A stretch of 64,000 nucleotides of DNA from Octopus vulgaris (lineage: Eukaryota), in the NCBI GenBank assembly GCA_951406725.2, contig OX597824.1, positions 1,984,001 to 2,048,000 on the forward strand, read 5' to 3'. The notes under the pieces are model-generated. The model ran no database searches. It was not told the DNA's origin and worked only from the letters and a program-made list of their open reading frames with translations. Below are positions 1 to 15,057 of this stretch, in pieces (position 1 is the stretch's first letter; each line of letters begins with the position of its first letter). The translations under genes and the position numbers were made by a program.

Positions 1-101
1 TATATATATACATACATACATACATACATACAAACATACATACATACATACATACATACATACATACATACATACATACATACATACATACATACATACA
101 T
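1..101. repeat. (TACA)n microsatellite, representative of dozens of (AT)n, (AC)n, (ATCT)n and (ATGT)n arrays across the window
   Basis: Direct tandem repeat visible in sequence. Confidence 0.97.
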
Positions 102-1022
102 AAAGATACACAATCGCTCACGCATTCCATATACACCCAACTATAAACATAAATTTATATTATATAATATATCAGATAGCATGGACATAATATGTTTTCC
201 ACCTTTTCACCTTTTTCTATGATATACATACGACAATTATCCTTTTTATTTGGAAAATCTCAACAATGTTTCGACTCCAGGTAAAAAAAAATATGCAAAC
301 AAAACTTTTGAATTGAAATATGGAATTATTGAAACACCGTATAAATAGAATTATCTACATTGGCATGTAGTTGTATGGAACGGGAAAACAAATTCTTTGC
401 TCTTAGGAACATGTGTAGGTGTGGAAGAAAATTAATTTTTCCATTAATATGTTTTTAATATTTTTAGTTTAAGTACCTGAGTGCACCGTAGATACATGTT
501 CTGATCTGAGTTTTCTTAAACTTATATTGATGTTTAGATATACAGAATACAGGTTAACGTACAGGATTCCATCCAAATTTTGGCTAGGTTACTTGGCTAA
601 CAACGCTGGCATCATCCTAAGATTATTGAAGAAGGGAAGATATTCAGCATGTTGAGTACTACAAATCTAATGTCGGACCTCAAAATTGTCAAAACGATTT
701 TTTTTATTATGCAATCATTTGACCACTTGGGTCATATAATCTAATAGAAGAAAAAGAGCTAAAATAGCAAAATTATATGTTTAATGGGCCCCAAAATCAG
801 AAATTATTAAAGGATTATTGCTCACCATTCAAAAAGCAAAGATTAGATATTAAGAATTTTGAAGGAGGAAAGATTGCTGGTGTTGCTGTTAAGAAGCTTG
901 GAAGAAAGAACTTCTAGATTAAATTCCTGTTGAGTGTAATTAACGTTAATGATTACCACTGCAGTCTTTTCATGGGAATTCGGTTGACGGAAATTACGCG
1001 GAATGCTCGTAGCCGTGTGTAT

Positions 1023-1436
1023 ACTCTTTACTCTTTTACTTGTTTCAGTCATTTGACTGCGGCCATGCTGGAGCACCGCCTTTAGTCGAGCAAATCGACC
1101 CCGGGACTTATTCTTTGTAAGCCCAGTACTTATTCTATCGGTTTCTTTTGCCGAACCGCTAAGTGACGGGGACGTAAACACACCAGCATAGGTTGTCAAG
1201 CAATGGTAGGGGGACAAACACACACACACAAACACACACACATACACATATATTTATATATATATACATATATACGACAGGCTTCTTTCAGTTTCCGTCT
1301 ACTAAATCAACTCACAAGGCATTGGTCAGCCCGGGGCTATAGCAGAAGACACTTGCCCAAGATGCCACGCAGTGGGACTGAACCCGGAATCATGTGTTTG
1401 GTTAGCAAGCTACTTACCACACAGTCACTCCTGCCC
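1023..1436 (-). mobile_element. tRNA-derived SINE, family A, full-length
   Basis: Minus strand has an A-box-like TGACTGTGTGG (1417-1427) and a B-box-like GGTTCAGTCCC (1374-1384), an internal (TA)/(TG) tract and a 3' tail of (AAAAGAGT)n. Near-identical copies at 7091 and 33143. Confidence 0.9.
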
Positions 1437-1689
1437 CTATGTGTACGTAAACATATTTTTCTTTACTAGTTTCAAAACTCGAGAGCTGCGGCCATGATGG
1501 GACACCGCCGTTAGCCTTGGTACACTTTCACTGCTTGAAACTTCCTCTGATATGTGACATATGTTTAATGAGGGAGTTTGATGTCACTGTCCTCATTTGC
1601 ATTCCCTGTCTCGAGGTAGGTTCAACCGCAACTCCCGACACGAGGAAATCCTGCTACACCTACCTCATACAGGTCTCCCATGCGTTTTC

Positions 1690-2560
1690 GGAGGATGTTG
1701 AAGAGCTGTGGACACTTGAAGCCCAAGCAGATGAAGTATTTGGTCCTGTATGGCAAAGGCTTGGACGACCTGAACCTGCTACCAGCAAAGGAAACACCGA
1801 TCGTATTCACTAGATGGTGATGAATGACAGGTGATAGACTATAAATCACATCGCCAATGCTATTAAAATATCCCGTAAGAGTGTTGAGAATATTCTGCAC
1901 AACGAACTTGACCTGACGAAGGTTTCTGCTGACTTCTAATTAAAAACGCGATGAGACGGATCACATCACGGGAAAATCTGGCATTGTTTGAGGTCTCCCA
2001 GCTGGTTTCTATGAACGTTTCTTTAGTCAGCTTCCGTGTCGTCGGTTTCATCCTTTTAAGCCAGATACAAAGAGACAATCCATGCAGTGGAACCCCCCAC
2101 TTACTTCTCCTGATCCAAAGAAATCCAGTGTCATTTTATTTGGAGAGTAGGCGACGGCATCAGTTCTTTTCGGATGCAAAAGGCATTGTGCTTATTGGCT
2201 ATCTTCAAAAGGACCAACAATGGAGAGTACTATGCCAAATTCCTGTGGCTGTAATGACTCTGTACCAAAATGAAACAACTAATAAAACTGAGGAAAGGGT
2301 CTTATTTCATCTGGACAGTAATTTCCAAGAAAATAACACTTGGGTGGGATCCACTATCGTAGTGTTGATAAGTTCATATCTGCTGTTGGTAACCTTTTTG
2401 ACCAACAGGATGAAATTTTCATCATGAATGGAAATACAAGCATTGCAACATGAGTTGAAGAATCTGAGGTTCGCAGGGAGAATTTGTTAAAACATAAACC
2501 TCATTTGGTCATATTAAGTGAGAGTAACTTAATCAGCATGAACGTTTCAGCCGATCCTAG
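1690..2560 (+). mobile_element. Decayed mariner transposon
   Basis: Frame-broken translation gives GRP..T..N.DRIH.MVMNDR..TI.HIA, ILHNEL..KVSA, SMQW and DAKGIVLIGYLQK..GEYYA, all mariner transposase motifs, with stops and frameshifts. Confidence 0.8.
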
Positions 2561-3099
2561 GGCGCATGTGCATGTGTGTGTGAAATGAATATCCGTCCAT
2601 AAATACATATGTATATACCTGTCTGCACACATGTATATATATATATATATATATATATACATAAACACGAACAGATAAGCATAGTCGCAGTTTGAACGAA
2701 TGGTCGGAGAGCTTGATTCCGAACAGCAAAGTCACAGATATATTATCATTGCGGGATATCGTCAGAAAATATTGCTTTATACAACCTGGATTCTACTCCT
2801 TAGTATATAAGTAGAATCTAAGGAGTAATTTATAGAAGCCCTGCTTATGGATTGAGCGTCTAATTCAACTATACTCCCTTGTCCCATAATATATCAAGTT
2901 GATTCTACCGGAGAACTGTGTTCATTGAACACGAACACGCAGTATTTCCGTGTAATGTTCCGCCACTGAACTCTTCGTTTAATGAGCAAGTTATTCAGTT
3001 TATCGAAAAACTGAATACGCATCGTCGCAAATGACGGAAAGCCAAATTGTTTCCCCACACACGTATATACATAAATAAGCACCCCACCTCACATAGACA

Positions 3100-3385
3100 T
3101 ATCAGTTGGTAAAAAGGAGAAGTCAGTATTATTGGAAAACTTGTTACATCAGAAAAGCGACAAACACGTTGTCTGTCATGATGAAATGTTCTGCATCTCA
3201 GTTACTGGTATCTGGTTCTATAAATAAACATGAAACCATTGTTATGACAACATGTACCAGAATATGTTTAAGTAATTGACAAATCCTGGCACCAGAAAGA
3301 TTAAAAGTTGGATATGTTCTAGAGAACGTTCAAAGATTCGCTAACCTGATTAAAGAGATAAAGACGGCGGTCTCTGGCATCCTTC
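3100..3385 (+). mobile_element. Possible highly decayed R4/Dong-like LINE C-terminal remnant
   Basis: Traces of RHD, WY.H.PE and KILW-like motifs across frames. Weak. Confidence 0.3.
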
Positions 3386-3535
3386 TTTTCCTTCGCTAAA
3401 TACCGTCAAGGTGCAGCTTGCTGCAGTGTCGTTTCCTGTCACAATAATTATTCGTTTTCTTTCGCTAATCTGATTATGTAGGAGTGCACGTTAACTTCGG
3501 TGACACGTACGTATGGCGGTATATGTGCATACAAA

Positions 3536-3634
<99 letters not shown>

Positions 3635-3652
3635 TATATACACGTACACACT

Positions 3653-3721
<69 letters not shown>

Positions 3722-3826
3722 TATATATATAAACAGGAGAAAATTGAAAATATAGCCAGTATATATACATATACACGTACACACTCACACACATATATGT
3801 ATAAATATCTATGTATATGAATATAA

Positions 3827-3877
<51 letters not shown>

Positions 3878-3910
3878 ATTTTAAGATGTATATATATCTA
3901 TATCTTTATA

Positions 3911-3986
<76 letters not shown>

Positions 3987-4029
3987 AAACTTGCTTCCCA
4001 AGAACATGGTTCCGAATTTACATCACCAA

Positions 4030-4199
4030 CAAAGGTTGTCAAGCGTTGATCACCAACAAAGGTGTCAGCGTTAGGGGGGGGGGAAACACAGACACAAAGA
4101 CTCACGCATACATAACGATGTATGTATATATATGTATATGCATGTATGTATGTATATCTATCTTTCTATCTGTATATATATATATGCACACACACACAC

Positions 4200-4247
<48 letters not shown>

Positions 4248-4350
4248 GAGTGGGTTATTTCAGTTTCTGTCTACGAAATCCACTCAAAAGTCTTTGGTAG
4301 TCTGAGGCGAGAGTAGAAGATACTTGCCCAAGGTGCCATGCAGTGGTACC
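4030..4350 (-). mobile_element. SINE family A, partial and degraded
   Basis: cagtttctgtctacgaaatccactca...agaagatacttgcccaaggtgcca matches the 1023-1436 copy. Confidence 0.75.
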
Positions 4351-4394
4351 TTGGGCATTATAATGAAGGTGACAGCATCAACTTTATCAATATC

Positions 4395-4500
4395 CTTTCT
4401 GCTATAGCCACAAAGCCCCAAATTTAGAAGTTGGGGACGAGTCGATTAATTTGTCGACACAGAAACGACAAAAGACAAAGTCGACCTCAGCGGAATTTGT
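4395..4500 (-). mobile_element. SINE family B fragment
   Basis: aaagacaaagtcgacctcagcggaatttg matches the 24487-24716 copy. Confidence 0.65.
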
Positions 4501-4594
4501 CAATATCAGAATAATATCAATAAAGAATACGATTATCTTCCCAAATAATAACACAAATAATAACACCAATGACCACGGGGTAATAATGAACCGA

Positions 4595-4801
<207 letters not shown>

Positions 4802-5420
4802 CGTGCATGTATATGTGTTTGTATATGTGTAGCGATATGTTTGTGTGAGAGTGAGTGCACGTGTGTGTGTTTATGTATGTGTGTTTATGTGTGTGTGCAT
4901 GTGTGTGTATGTGTGTGTGTGTGTAGAGAAAATGAAATCAGGGAGTGACAGAGAACCTGGGCGTGACAGCAATTATAGAAGGAGAAATGTAGAGAAAGTA
5001 AAAAAAAATATATATATAATATATAGAAAGAGAATATACAGGAAAAGAAAGAATCTGTTTGGTTTAAATGCATCTGTTATAATGATAATTGATGGCACGT
5101 TAAGTAAACTAGACATTTCCCTCTTAAGGACAGTTACGTGTCGAGCGAGCGAGTCGACAGGAGCTAAAGAGAAACATGATTAAAAGAGACAAACCAATAT
5201 TAAGCGCATCATATAAATATTAAGGTCAAGGAAAAACTATCTGATCAGAATAATTCAGTTCGCCTTACCGTTGGCCACAATCGTTTATTTGAAAAAACTC
5301 GTCAAAACCTGGAAGTTTCATTGCTTTGCTCTCTCTAAGAGCATCAGTTTAGAATTTCGTTTTTGTTTTTAATAATTATAGAGAAACAGTCAGTAAAGTA
5401 TTGCATATCTATGCCAGAAA

Positions 5421-5523
<103 letters not shown>

Positions 5524-5571
5524 CATCCATCCATCCATCCATGGATCTAGATAGATAGATAGATAGCCATG

Positions 5572-5608
<37 letters not shown>

Positions 5609-5628
5609 CTGTGTATGTATATATATAT

Positions 5629-5671
5629 GTTAGTTAGTTAATTTTGCTCAAAAGCAAATAGCAAGTCCATG
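5629..5671 (-). mobile_element. Extreme 5'-truncated 3' end of a CR1-like LINE with (TAAC)n tail
   Basis: ttagttagttaatt-tgctcaaaagcaaatagcaag-ccatg is nearly identical to the LINE 3' end at 23457-23502. Confidence 0.7.
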
Positions 5672-5715
5672 TGTGTGTGTGTGTGTTTGCGTGTGTGTGT
5701 GTGTTTGTATGTTTC

Positions 5716-5753
<38 letters not shown>

Positions 5754-6368
5754 TGTGTGTTTGTATATATGTACGTTTTACATCCTCTTCACATTCCACT
5801 GCTGAATTCAGATCTGAAATATCAGTTGGTGTGAACACATGGATAAGTCTCATCTGGCGAATTGGAGCATACCACCCGCTTCTCCGGATTCAACCGCTGT
5901 ATCAATGACTATAGGCCGCTGTCCATTCAGGCTCCTAAATTTACGATCAAAAGAACATAACTCTAACTTCCAACCTTATTTTCTATTTTATCCATTTCTC
6001 TTCTGGTGTTTTCAAAACTTTCCATCTTTTACATCTACTTTCTCCAAATCTTTTATGATACATTCTCCCAATCCATCGTTCTATTCTAGCTTGGTATGCT
6101 ATATAACAGAACATGAAGATTGTGTAGAGCTACACACACACACACGCACGCACACACACACGCACACATACACGTACACACATATATAGAGAGAGAATAT
6201 GTGTATTAATGAAAATATACATATATATATGCGTGTATGTATGTGTGTATATATAGATATATTTACATGCATGTATATGTATATGTACATATTTATATGT
6301 ATATATATATATATACACGCACAAACACCAAACACATACGCGCACACCTATATATATATATATATATA

Positions 6369-6509
6369 TTAGGAAGGGCATCCAGCCGTAGAAATTTGCC
6401 AGATCAGACTGGGCCTTATGCAGCCTTGTGGCTTCCCAGACCCCAGTTGCACCGTCCAACCCATGCCAGCATGGAAAGCGGACGTTAAACGACGACGATG
6501 ATGATGATG

Positions 6510-6512
<3 letters not shown>
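6369..6512 (+). mobile_element. 3' portion of a SINE or RTE-type tail ending in (GAT)n
   Basis: aggaagggcatccagccgtagaa motif (resembles a conserved SINE central domain) followed by ccatgccagcatggaaagcggacgttaaac(gat)n. Confidence 0.65.
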
Positions 6513-6582
<70 letters not shown>

Positions 6583-6595
6583 TACATATATTTAT

Positions 6596-6800
6596 GTATC
6601 CGCGTGTCTTTGCGTGTGTGTTTGTTCCCCCATCAACATCAACGCTTGACAACCGATGCTGGTGTGTTTACGTCCCGGTAACATAGCGGTTCGGCAAAAC
6701 TGACTGATAGAATAAGTACAAGACTTACAAAGTATAAGTACTGGGGTCGATTTCTTCGGCTAAAAACGCTGTAAGGCGGTGCTCCAGCATGGCTGCAGTC

Positions 6801-6802
<2 letters not shown>
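6596..6802 (+). mobile_element. SINE family A, 3' half
   Basis: Reverse complement of 1050-1230 (cttgacaaccgatgctggtgtgtttacgtccc...gcggtgctccagcatggc). Confidence 0.85.
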
Positions 6803-6840
<38 letters not shown>

Positions 6841-7090
6841 GTGGAAAGTTGAAAACACCGGAAGACAAATTTAGAAACCTGAATGGACGGCGGCCTGTAT
6901 ATAAGGTGGTATAAATGGTCTCAATAGCGTTTTTTGTATTGTTTCTACAGGAGTGTCGTTCACATGTTTGTGGACCGGTATACTGAAGCAATGTTATAAG
7001 ACTAAAAATGTATTACAGTTTAAGCATAACACAAACTGATATTTACGCCAGCATGTATGTCCATAAACATCTTACGCATACATATCATAG

Positions 7091-7312
7091 ACTCTTTTAC
7101 TCTTTTACTCTTTTTCTTGTTTCAGCCATTTGACAGCGGCCATGCTGGAGCACCGCCTTTAGTCGAGCAAATCGACCCCGGGACTTATTCTTTGTAAGCC
7201 CAGTACTTATTCTACTTGTCCCTTTTGCCGAACCGCTAAGTGACGGGGAAGTAAACACACCAGCATCGGTTGTCAAGCAATGCTAGGGGGACAAACACCG
7301 ACACATACACAT

Positions 7313-7358
<46 letters not shown>

Positions 7359-7523
7359 GACAGGCTTCTTTCAATTTCCGTCTACCAAATCCACTCACAA
7401 GGCATTGGTCGGCTCGAGGCTATAGCAGAAGACACTTGCCCAAGATGCCACGCAGTGAGACTGAACCCGGAACCATGTGGTTGGTAAGCAAGCTACTTAC
7501 CACACTTACCACACTCCTGCGCC
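7091..7523 (-). mobile_element. tRNA-derived SINE, family A, full-length
   Basis: Colinear high-identity match to 1023-1436, including head and tail. Confidence 0.9.
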
Positions 7524-7591
7524 TATGCTTATATCTATGCATTATATACATACACATACATACACACACACATACACACATATATATATAT

Positions 7592-7657
<66 letters not shown>

Positions 7658-8158
7658 CAAACTAGATAAATATTTAGATATATAGATAAATAGATAGGCA
7701 GATTGATACATAAATACATAGATAGATAGATAGATAGAAAGACAGACAGGCAGATAGATAGATAGATAGATAAAGATACACATTTAAATGCATGTATCGT
7801 AATAATGCTAAACTTTGATTCCAAAATTTGCAACGTAACAATTTGGAATTTTCCTTACAACGTTATCTTCACTTTCTCTGCCTCCAATCAACAATTTCCG
7901 TCTTCGGTCTACCACCTTTACTTACCATTCTGATCCTACATTAAGTTGTCAAAATTCTGAATTGTAATTCCTTTTGTTCTTTATGTTTGATGCTTTCGCT
8001 CGTAATCTTCCAACTACATTTACATTCGTTATTATCTCGAATGCATCTTTATGTAGAACAGTTTACTTTTACACACATTAAAAGCAATCAAATACATGCG
8101 TGTAGACATAGATGGAATCGACGGCAAGCTGGAAGAAGCACGTCAGGCGCCAATTATA

Positions 8159-8200
<42 letters not shown>

Positions 8201-8589
8201 CTTATACTCATACCCACTTACACACATTCACGCACAAACATATATATATATATATATATATATTAATATGCATGTATATATATATGTATATATATATACA
8301 CACATACTTATACTCATACCTACTCACACACATTCACGCACAAACATTATATATATATATGTATATATATAAATGTATATATATATATATGTATGTATAT
8401 AAACATATATATACATATATAATCAAAAACAATAAAGAGTAAAATTTATTAATTGATTAATAATTAATAATTTTACTAAGTAGTTCATTATGTTAAAACA
8501 GCCATTTTCGGTAAACTTATACGAAAATTCTATAATTATGAGTATAATTGTAATCAGCAGCCTGATTTCACAGGACCCGCCGACACGCC

Positions 8590-8840
8590 AATTGCAGGGT
8601 TACAGGCAGTGGGAGACTTAAGGATCAGCATTTGTGATGATGCATCATTTCATATGCACATCACCAAGATGGAAGAAAAGTGCAGACTACTGGCAGGATG
8701 GATATTAAGGTCCTTGAAGACAAGAGACCAAGGAGTTTTGCTGACCCTGTGGAGGACCTTTGTTCTCAGCCCCCTTAGCTACTACTCTCAGCTATGTTCA
8801 CCACATAGTGCTAAAATGACAGCGGACTTGAAGTGGTCCA
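8590..8840 (+). mobile_element. CR1/L2-like LINE reverse-transcriptase C-terminal fragment
   Basis: DLRI..DDASF..HI...GWILRSLKTRD..VLLTLWRTFVLS.L.YYSQL.SP motif. Confidence 0.8.
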
Positions 8841-9184
8841 GTGTCAGTTATTTGCGCATGTACCGCACTCCCTGTCCCTTTCAAACTATTTGCTTCTGCA
8901 GATAACCAACAATTCACTCTCTCAGCCTTTTGTCTCAAAGCCGTGACTGTTCATGTTGGATATCCGGCGAAAAATCGAGTTTCGTATTCCTGCCCACACC
9001 GTGTTTTATGTTTGTCCTCATCTTATACAGTACTTTGTCTTCGACTTGTCTGATTTCACTAATATGATTTTTCCCCATATATAAAAAAAAATATCCAGCT
9101 GGGTAACACATACGCCATTGAAACCGAGAACCCGGGCCCATGAGCCTAGCTAGGGTTTAAAATGGCGCATTTATTTTTATATCT

Positions 9185-9219
<35 letters not shown>

Positions 9220-10435
9220 TACGAGAATTACGTAATATCGATGATGGCGAAACCAGTCTACGATTAATTCAGTATTTTGTTTATTTCCATCTGTCTTACT
9301 CGCTTATGTTCTGGTGTTTGCTGAATTTCTCTAGAGAACATTCTTTTCTTTGTAGTTAGATCGCAGGTGATCTTCTTCTAGCATATTGGATGTCCACTTA
9401 GCGGTCTTCTCTACTCTATTATACGCATGTATTACAATTTATCTGAATTTTCAGATTTGTGTATATGCTAGGCTACTGGTTTTAAATTGATGTTAATTAA
9501 ATTAATACTCAATTTATCAACCTCATTATTTAAATTATATATATATATATATGCATGTATAGAGAGAAAGAGAGAAAGAGAGAAAGAAATGCTCACAAAC
9601 AAACGCACACATATGTATATATATACACACAGCCACATATATATACACACGCGCACACATATTCGTCAGTGTGCATGCGCATGCGCTTGTATCTGTATGC
9701 AAATGAATTCTTTTAAAGTTATTCATCTGAAGATTAAAATTGATTTTCCTTAAGTATCTTTCGCCGCACCGTGGTGTGATACGTCAATGCAACGATCACT
9801 TAGGAGAAAACACAATAGATTCACTTGAAAGCGAAGCCTGTTGAAACACGTCTCACTCAGACTTGGTTTCAGTAATAAACTGGAATCGATACAGCATTAC
9901 CACGTAGTTTACATGTGAGTCATCAATTTTGATAACTATTAGTATTCTAGACTTAACTGATCAGGGAATAGTAAGATTAACATATCTCTTGAGAAAGAGA
10001 GAGAGAAAAATCGAAAAGTGAATATATTCAGGTTGCAATAATTGTTGTGTTTATCAAAGATGTTATAAAGTTATGAACCTCTGGAAGTTGTATTTAGATA
10101 TCTTTGCTTCTCATTCATTAAGATGGAATGAAAGAGTAGAAAATATGGCTAATTTGTCAAAATGGCCGACGAAGAAATAATAGTGAAAGCAATTACTTCA
10201 CGGAATATAATTACTGTTGTGAGTTCTGAGAACTATATTAAATTCTCGACGTTAATATGCTGATGGCATTTAATTTGAAGTGATTTACGGGAAATTATTT
10301 TCTTGTTGTGTGCCAGCAAATTGCTGTCCCCGTAATCTAGAGGCATTTATGGGTGCTGCAAAGCTGACTGAAATAAATTAGGTATATGGCAGTGTAACTA
10401 TTGTACCTCCTTCTTTGTATCCCAGTCTATTAGAA

Positions 10436-10745
10436 TGTGGTTTGAGCTTCGAATTTATGATCGTGAGGCTGTGAATTCGATTCCAGGACCATGTTGCGTG
10501 TTCCATTCTTGAGCAAGACACTTTATTTCACGTAGCTCCAGTTAACTCAGCAGTAGAAATGAATTGCGTGCACACTGGTGCCTAGCTGTATCGGCCTTTA
10601 CCTTTCCCTTGGATAACATTAGTGGTGTGGAGAGATGAGGCTGGTATGCTGGCCTTCCATAAAAAAACCTTGCTCGGACGTGTGCCTCGGAGGGTAACAT
10701 TCTATGTGCTATCCCATGGTCACTCATGACCGACGGAGGTCTCCT
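10436..10745 (+). mobile_element. tRNA-derived SINE, family C
   Basis: B-box-like gaattcgattcc followed by a CORE-like cttgagcaagacactttatttcac...ccagttaactcagc body. Confidence 0.7.
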
Positions 10746-10750
10746 CTCCT

Positions 10751-10907
<157 letters not shown>

Positions 10908-10994
10908 CATTTATATATATATACATGAATATATATATATATATATACATATATGTATATATATATATATATATTCATGTATATATACATATAT

Positions 10995-11025
<31 letters not shown>

Positions 11026-11211
11026 TTTTCCGTATATATATATATACGTATGTAATATATATATATATATATATGTATATATAAATGTAAGTATATATAT
11101 ATATACATGTATATATACATATATATATATAGTGACCACTCTCTTATATATATATATATATATTATAAAATATATATAATCCAGGTTCTCGGAGCACTAG
11201 GCCACTTGGTG

Positions 11212-11261
<50 letters not shown>

Positions 11262-11376
11262 CGACAAAGAGAGGGAAATAAAAACAGACGGACTTTTCTC
11301 CTTGGTCCGAGAATGATGTAAGTCGAACTAGGTAGATGAAATCTATTTTATTAGTTATTGCGGTCAATATATAGCC

Positions 11377-11497
<121 letters not shown>

Positions 11498-12075
11498 CAT
11501 ATGCCTGTACGAATGTATGCACGCATTTGATGAGAAATAGTAAAGCATTCTGCAGGCGAACGTTGCCGTTTATGTATGTATGTATGTGTGTATGTGTGTA
11601 TGTATGTATCAATTACTATATTTGTACGCATGCAAAATTTGAGACAAGCAAATATTTAAATGGATAGAGACAAACAGACTTTCGAGAATTCTCATGCGTG
11701 GTTATACTCCCGCAGTTACTCACTCCTCTTCAGAACTACTCACATCCTCTTACAGGGACACACACACAAACAGAAAAACACTCACTCATACACACATGCA
11801 CATTGATGTATACCGACACTTCCACATGCATACAAAAATAAATACGTTCACGTACACACACACACACACACACACATAAACATGTATACCTTGAAAGATC
11901 TACTGAATCACGGGGAGGAAAAATCACATCAAAGCTACAGCAGTTTTTTTTTCTGAAATGTATAAACTTCATCTGATAACCAATATTATTTTACTGTGAA
12001 ATACCCCCAGGAATAAAACTGAAATCAATGAAAAAAAATATAGTTGCGTCATAGTTCATATCCGTTTAATATACA

Positions 12076-12238
12076 ATGATAGTAATGATGATGAGGACAA
12101 CAATAACAACACCGATGATGATGATGATGATCATGATAATGGTAATGATGATGATGGTGGTGGTGATGATGATGATGATGGTGATTATGATGATGGCAAC
12201 GACGATGATGACGGTGGTGATGATGATGATGTTGTTGT

Positions 12239-12282
<44 letters not shown>

Positions 12283-12286
12283 TTGT

Positions 12287-12345
<59 letters not shown>
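12076..12345. repeat. (ATG)n trinucleotide array
   Basis: Direct tandem repeat that explains the poly-Met ORF. Confidence 0.95.
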
Positions 12346-12348
<3 letters not shown>

Positions 12349-12599
12349 TTTCTTCTGACCCCGAGGGAATAAATCTGTCGCCTTTTAGTAAATACGACGA
12401 TAGTTACGTTTATAATAATTATGAGAAAAATAATACATGCAATAAGATGGTAATGATGATGATGATGGTAATATATTGGTCATAATCATAATTATAATAA
12501 TAAGTTTTCCTATGGCATAACGTCAGCCATTTTGTGAGGCGGGGTTTAAGTTTATTTCATCGGCCCCTGTGCTTGAAGGGTAGTTATTTCATTAAATTC

Positions 12600-12778
<179 letters not shown>

Positions 12779-12854
12779 AAAATACATACTCATCTAACAT
12801 CCCCAGTTACCAGTTACTGGGATGTTAGGTGATTGTGTCAATTTGTATTCGCCA

Positions 12855-13060
12855 GAGGTTCTGATTGTGAATGATGATAATGGGATTTTATGGAGTTTCT
12901 CTTTGTAGCAAAGACACCTGATATAATCATGGAAGATTTATCGGAGCAAACAACGGGCCATCTCGTAGGATGCTAAAGAACATATCAAGGAAATCGAAGA
13001 AAAATTACAAATATCATTACATAGCAAGTAAAAAAATAAAAAAGCTCGTGGAACATTACG
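12855..13060 (+). mobile_element. R4/Dong-like LINE restriction-like endonuclease remnant
   Basis: V.NDD..ILW, PDII and E.EEK..KY..I..KKL.W-like motifs with stops. Confidence 0.5.
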
Positions 13061-13653
13061 ATGAAAAATCCGCTCAACACAACACCAAAGCTGAGTAAAC
13101 TGAAGTATGTAGGTTATAGTTTGCGAACAACCTATGAAAAAATCGCGACTGAAATCGATATGAATTCAGGAACTGTGAACTGGTTATATCATTACATATA
13201 CTAGTCAGCCATCTTGTATCAATATCTCTCAGATGTAACTTTTCAAATTCATAATGGTTAAAATCATGTTTTGTAAAGTTCTAGAGGAAATCCTGCTACA
13301 CCTACCTCATACAGGTCTCCCAGAGTTATGTCGAATATGTTCCTCTTATAAGCTGTATAGCTGAATGGATTATTTAAAATACCTCAAAAGCAGACATTCC
13401 AGATCGAACCAAGAAACCTAGTGTAGATTTATTAACTTTATGCAACTGACAAAATATTTCCTAATGCAGAAAAATTATAATGGATTTTATTGGTGAGTTC
13501 AATGAGACATCTACTCTTTGGATGCACTCCTCCAGATCCTAGCAGCTGAATATTGATTTATAGCTGTACTTCGAAAATAAAATCTATATAAGCAATACAC
13601 ACACACACACACACAAATACACACACAAACACACTTACACACGTACACACACG

Positions 13654-13721
<68 letters not shown>

Positions 13722-14267
13722 GGTAGGTAGGTATGCATCTGTATGTTTTTATGTATTGGGAATAGTGATAGAGAAAGTAGAGAGAATGCGGACAGTAAAA
13801 GCAAAGAAATGCTATTGCATAGAAAGAGAAATCTAACCGTTCAACGGAAAACAGAAATTGTAAAAAATGAGAAAAGATCTGTATATAGAAATCCAGTAAG
13901 CAGAGTTGGTATAACTTTGTATCTTATATTAAAAACACAGTTTACATGATATCATTGAAAAACAAATATACACATCTATCATGGCATAGCTAAATCTAAG
14001 GAATTAAAAACTTCATTTCACAAAATTCTGAAAATCTCATGTATTTCGTCAAAGCAGAAAGAAATTAATCAGTTCGCATACTTTCAGAATCCATCGTTGT
14101 TCTCCTCTTCTCGAACCGTGTTAGTTGTATGAATAAATAAATATCCAGAGGAGCATCATACACGCTGAGAAACTCACTGAGAGGTGTAAGAGTATTTAGC
14201 GCTTGCATAAAAGTTCTGCCTGGCACACATGAATACAAAAGATATATATATATATATATATACATAC

Positions 14268-14705
14268 GTATACTGCTGCCCACTGTGGTCTCCTCACACA
14301 AGACAAAACATCTCCAGAATTGAGTCACCCCAGAGGGCTCTCACTAAACAAATTGAAGGCATGGCTGCTCTCGACTATTGGGATCGCCTTAAAGCCTTGA
14401 AACTTTACTCCTCCAGCGTCGCCGTGAGCGGTACATCATTTGTACGATGTGGAAAATATACCGCCAACTTTGCCCAAACAGATTCTGGATAGATTCCTTC
14501 AAAGAATACCAGACAAGCCACCCATAATTGGATACAACACACCCAACAAGAACTCACTACTTGAACAAAACTGGATACAACTCACCCAACAAGAACTCAC
14601 TACTTGAACAAAACTTGACTTAAACAGGATTCGAATAATCCTATCAGGTGGTGCTATTAAGTTAGACATGGCCTGGACCAATCTCTGGTCGAAACATATC
14701 TAAGT
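14268..14705 (+). mobile_element. CR1-like LINE 3' fragment with an internal 43-bp tandem duplication (14529-14614)
   Basis: YCCPLWSP...IESPQRALTKQIEGM..LDYWDRLKALKLYS, then QRRRERY after a frameshift. Confidence 0.85.
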
Positions 14706-14754
14706 TATATATATATATATATATATATGTATGCATGTATATATATATATATAT

Positions 14755-14985
14755 ATAATAAAATATTAGGGAATAAATCCAAACTTACAGGGAAAAATCA
14801 GATTTAGGATTAAATCCAATTTTATAGTATAAATATATTATATTATATTAAATTAGAGATAAAAACCACTATTGGGCAAATCAAACAGTGAAAAACATAA
14901 GCCAATACATAAAATTTATTTATATTATTTTAAATATATATCAAAAGTATTAAAAGTTTAATAAAAGATAAAGAGTAAAACACTA
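14755..14985 (-). repeat. Copy of the PLE pLTR-like repeat that forms the 28810-29293 palindrome
   Basis: ataataaaatattagggaataaatccaaac...gagtaaaacacta is colinear with 28815-29045. Confidence 0.85.
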
Positions 14986-14999
14986 AATATATATATATT

Positions 15000-15057
<58 letters not shown>

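Noticed and set aside
843-1469. ORFs overlapping SINE family A (also at 7280 and 33295)
   Set aside because: The recurring peptides reflect SINE copies, not a gene family
12076-12372. Poly-Met ORF
   Set aside because: It is an (ATG)n microsatellite with no splice or coding context
14529-14614. CRISPR-like repeat
   Set aside because: It is a simple two-copy tandem duplication inside a LINE fragment with no spacers, in a eukaryotic context
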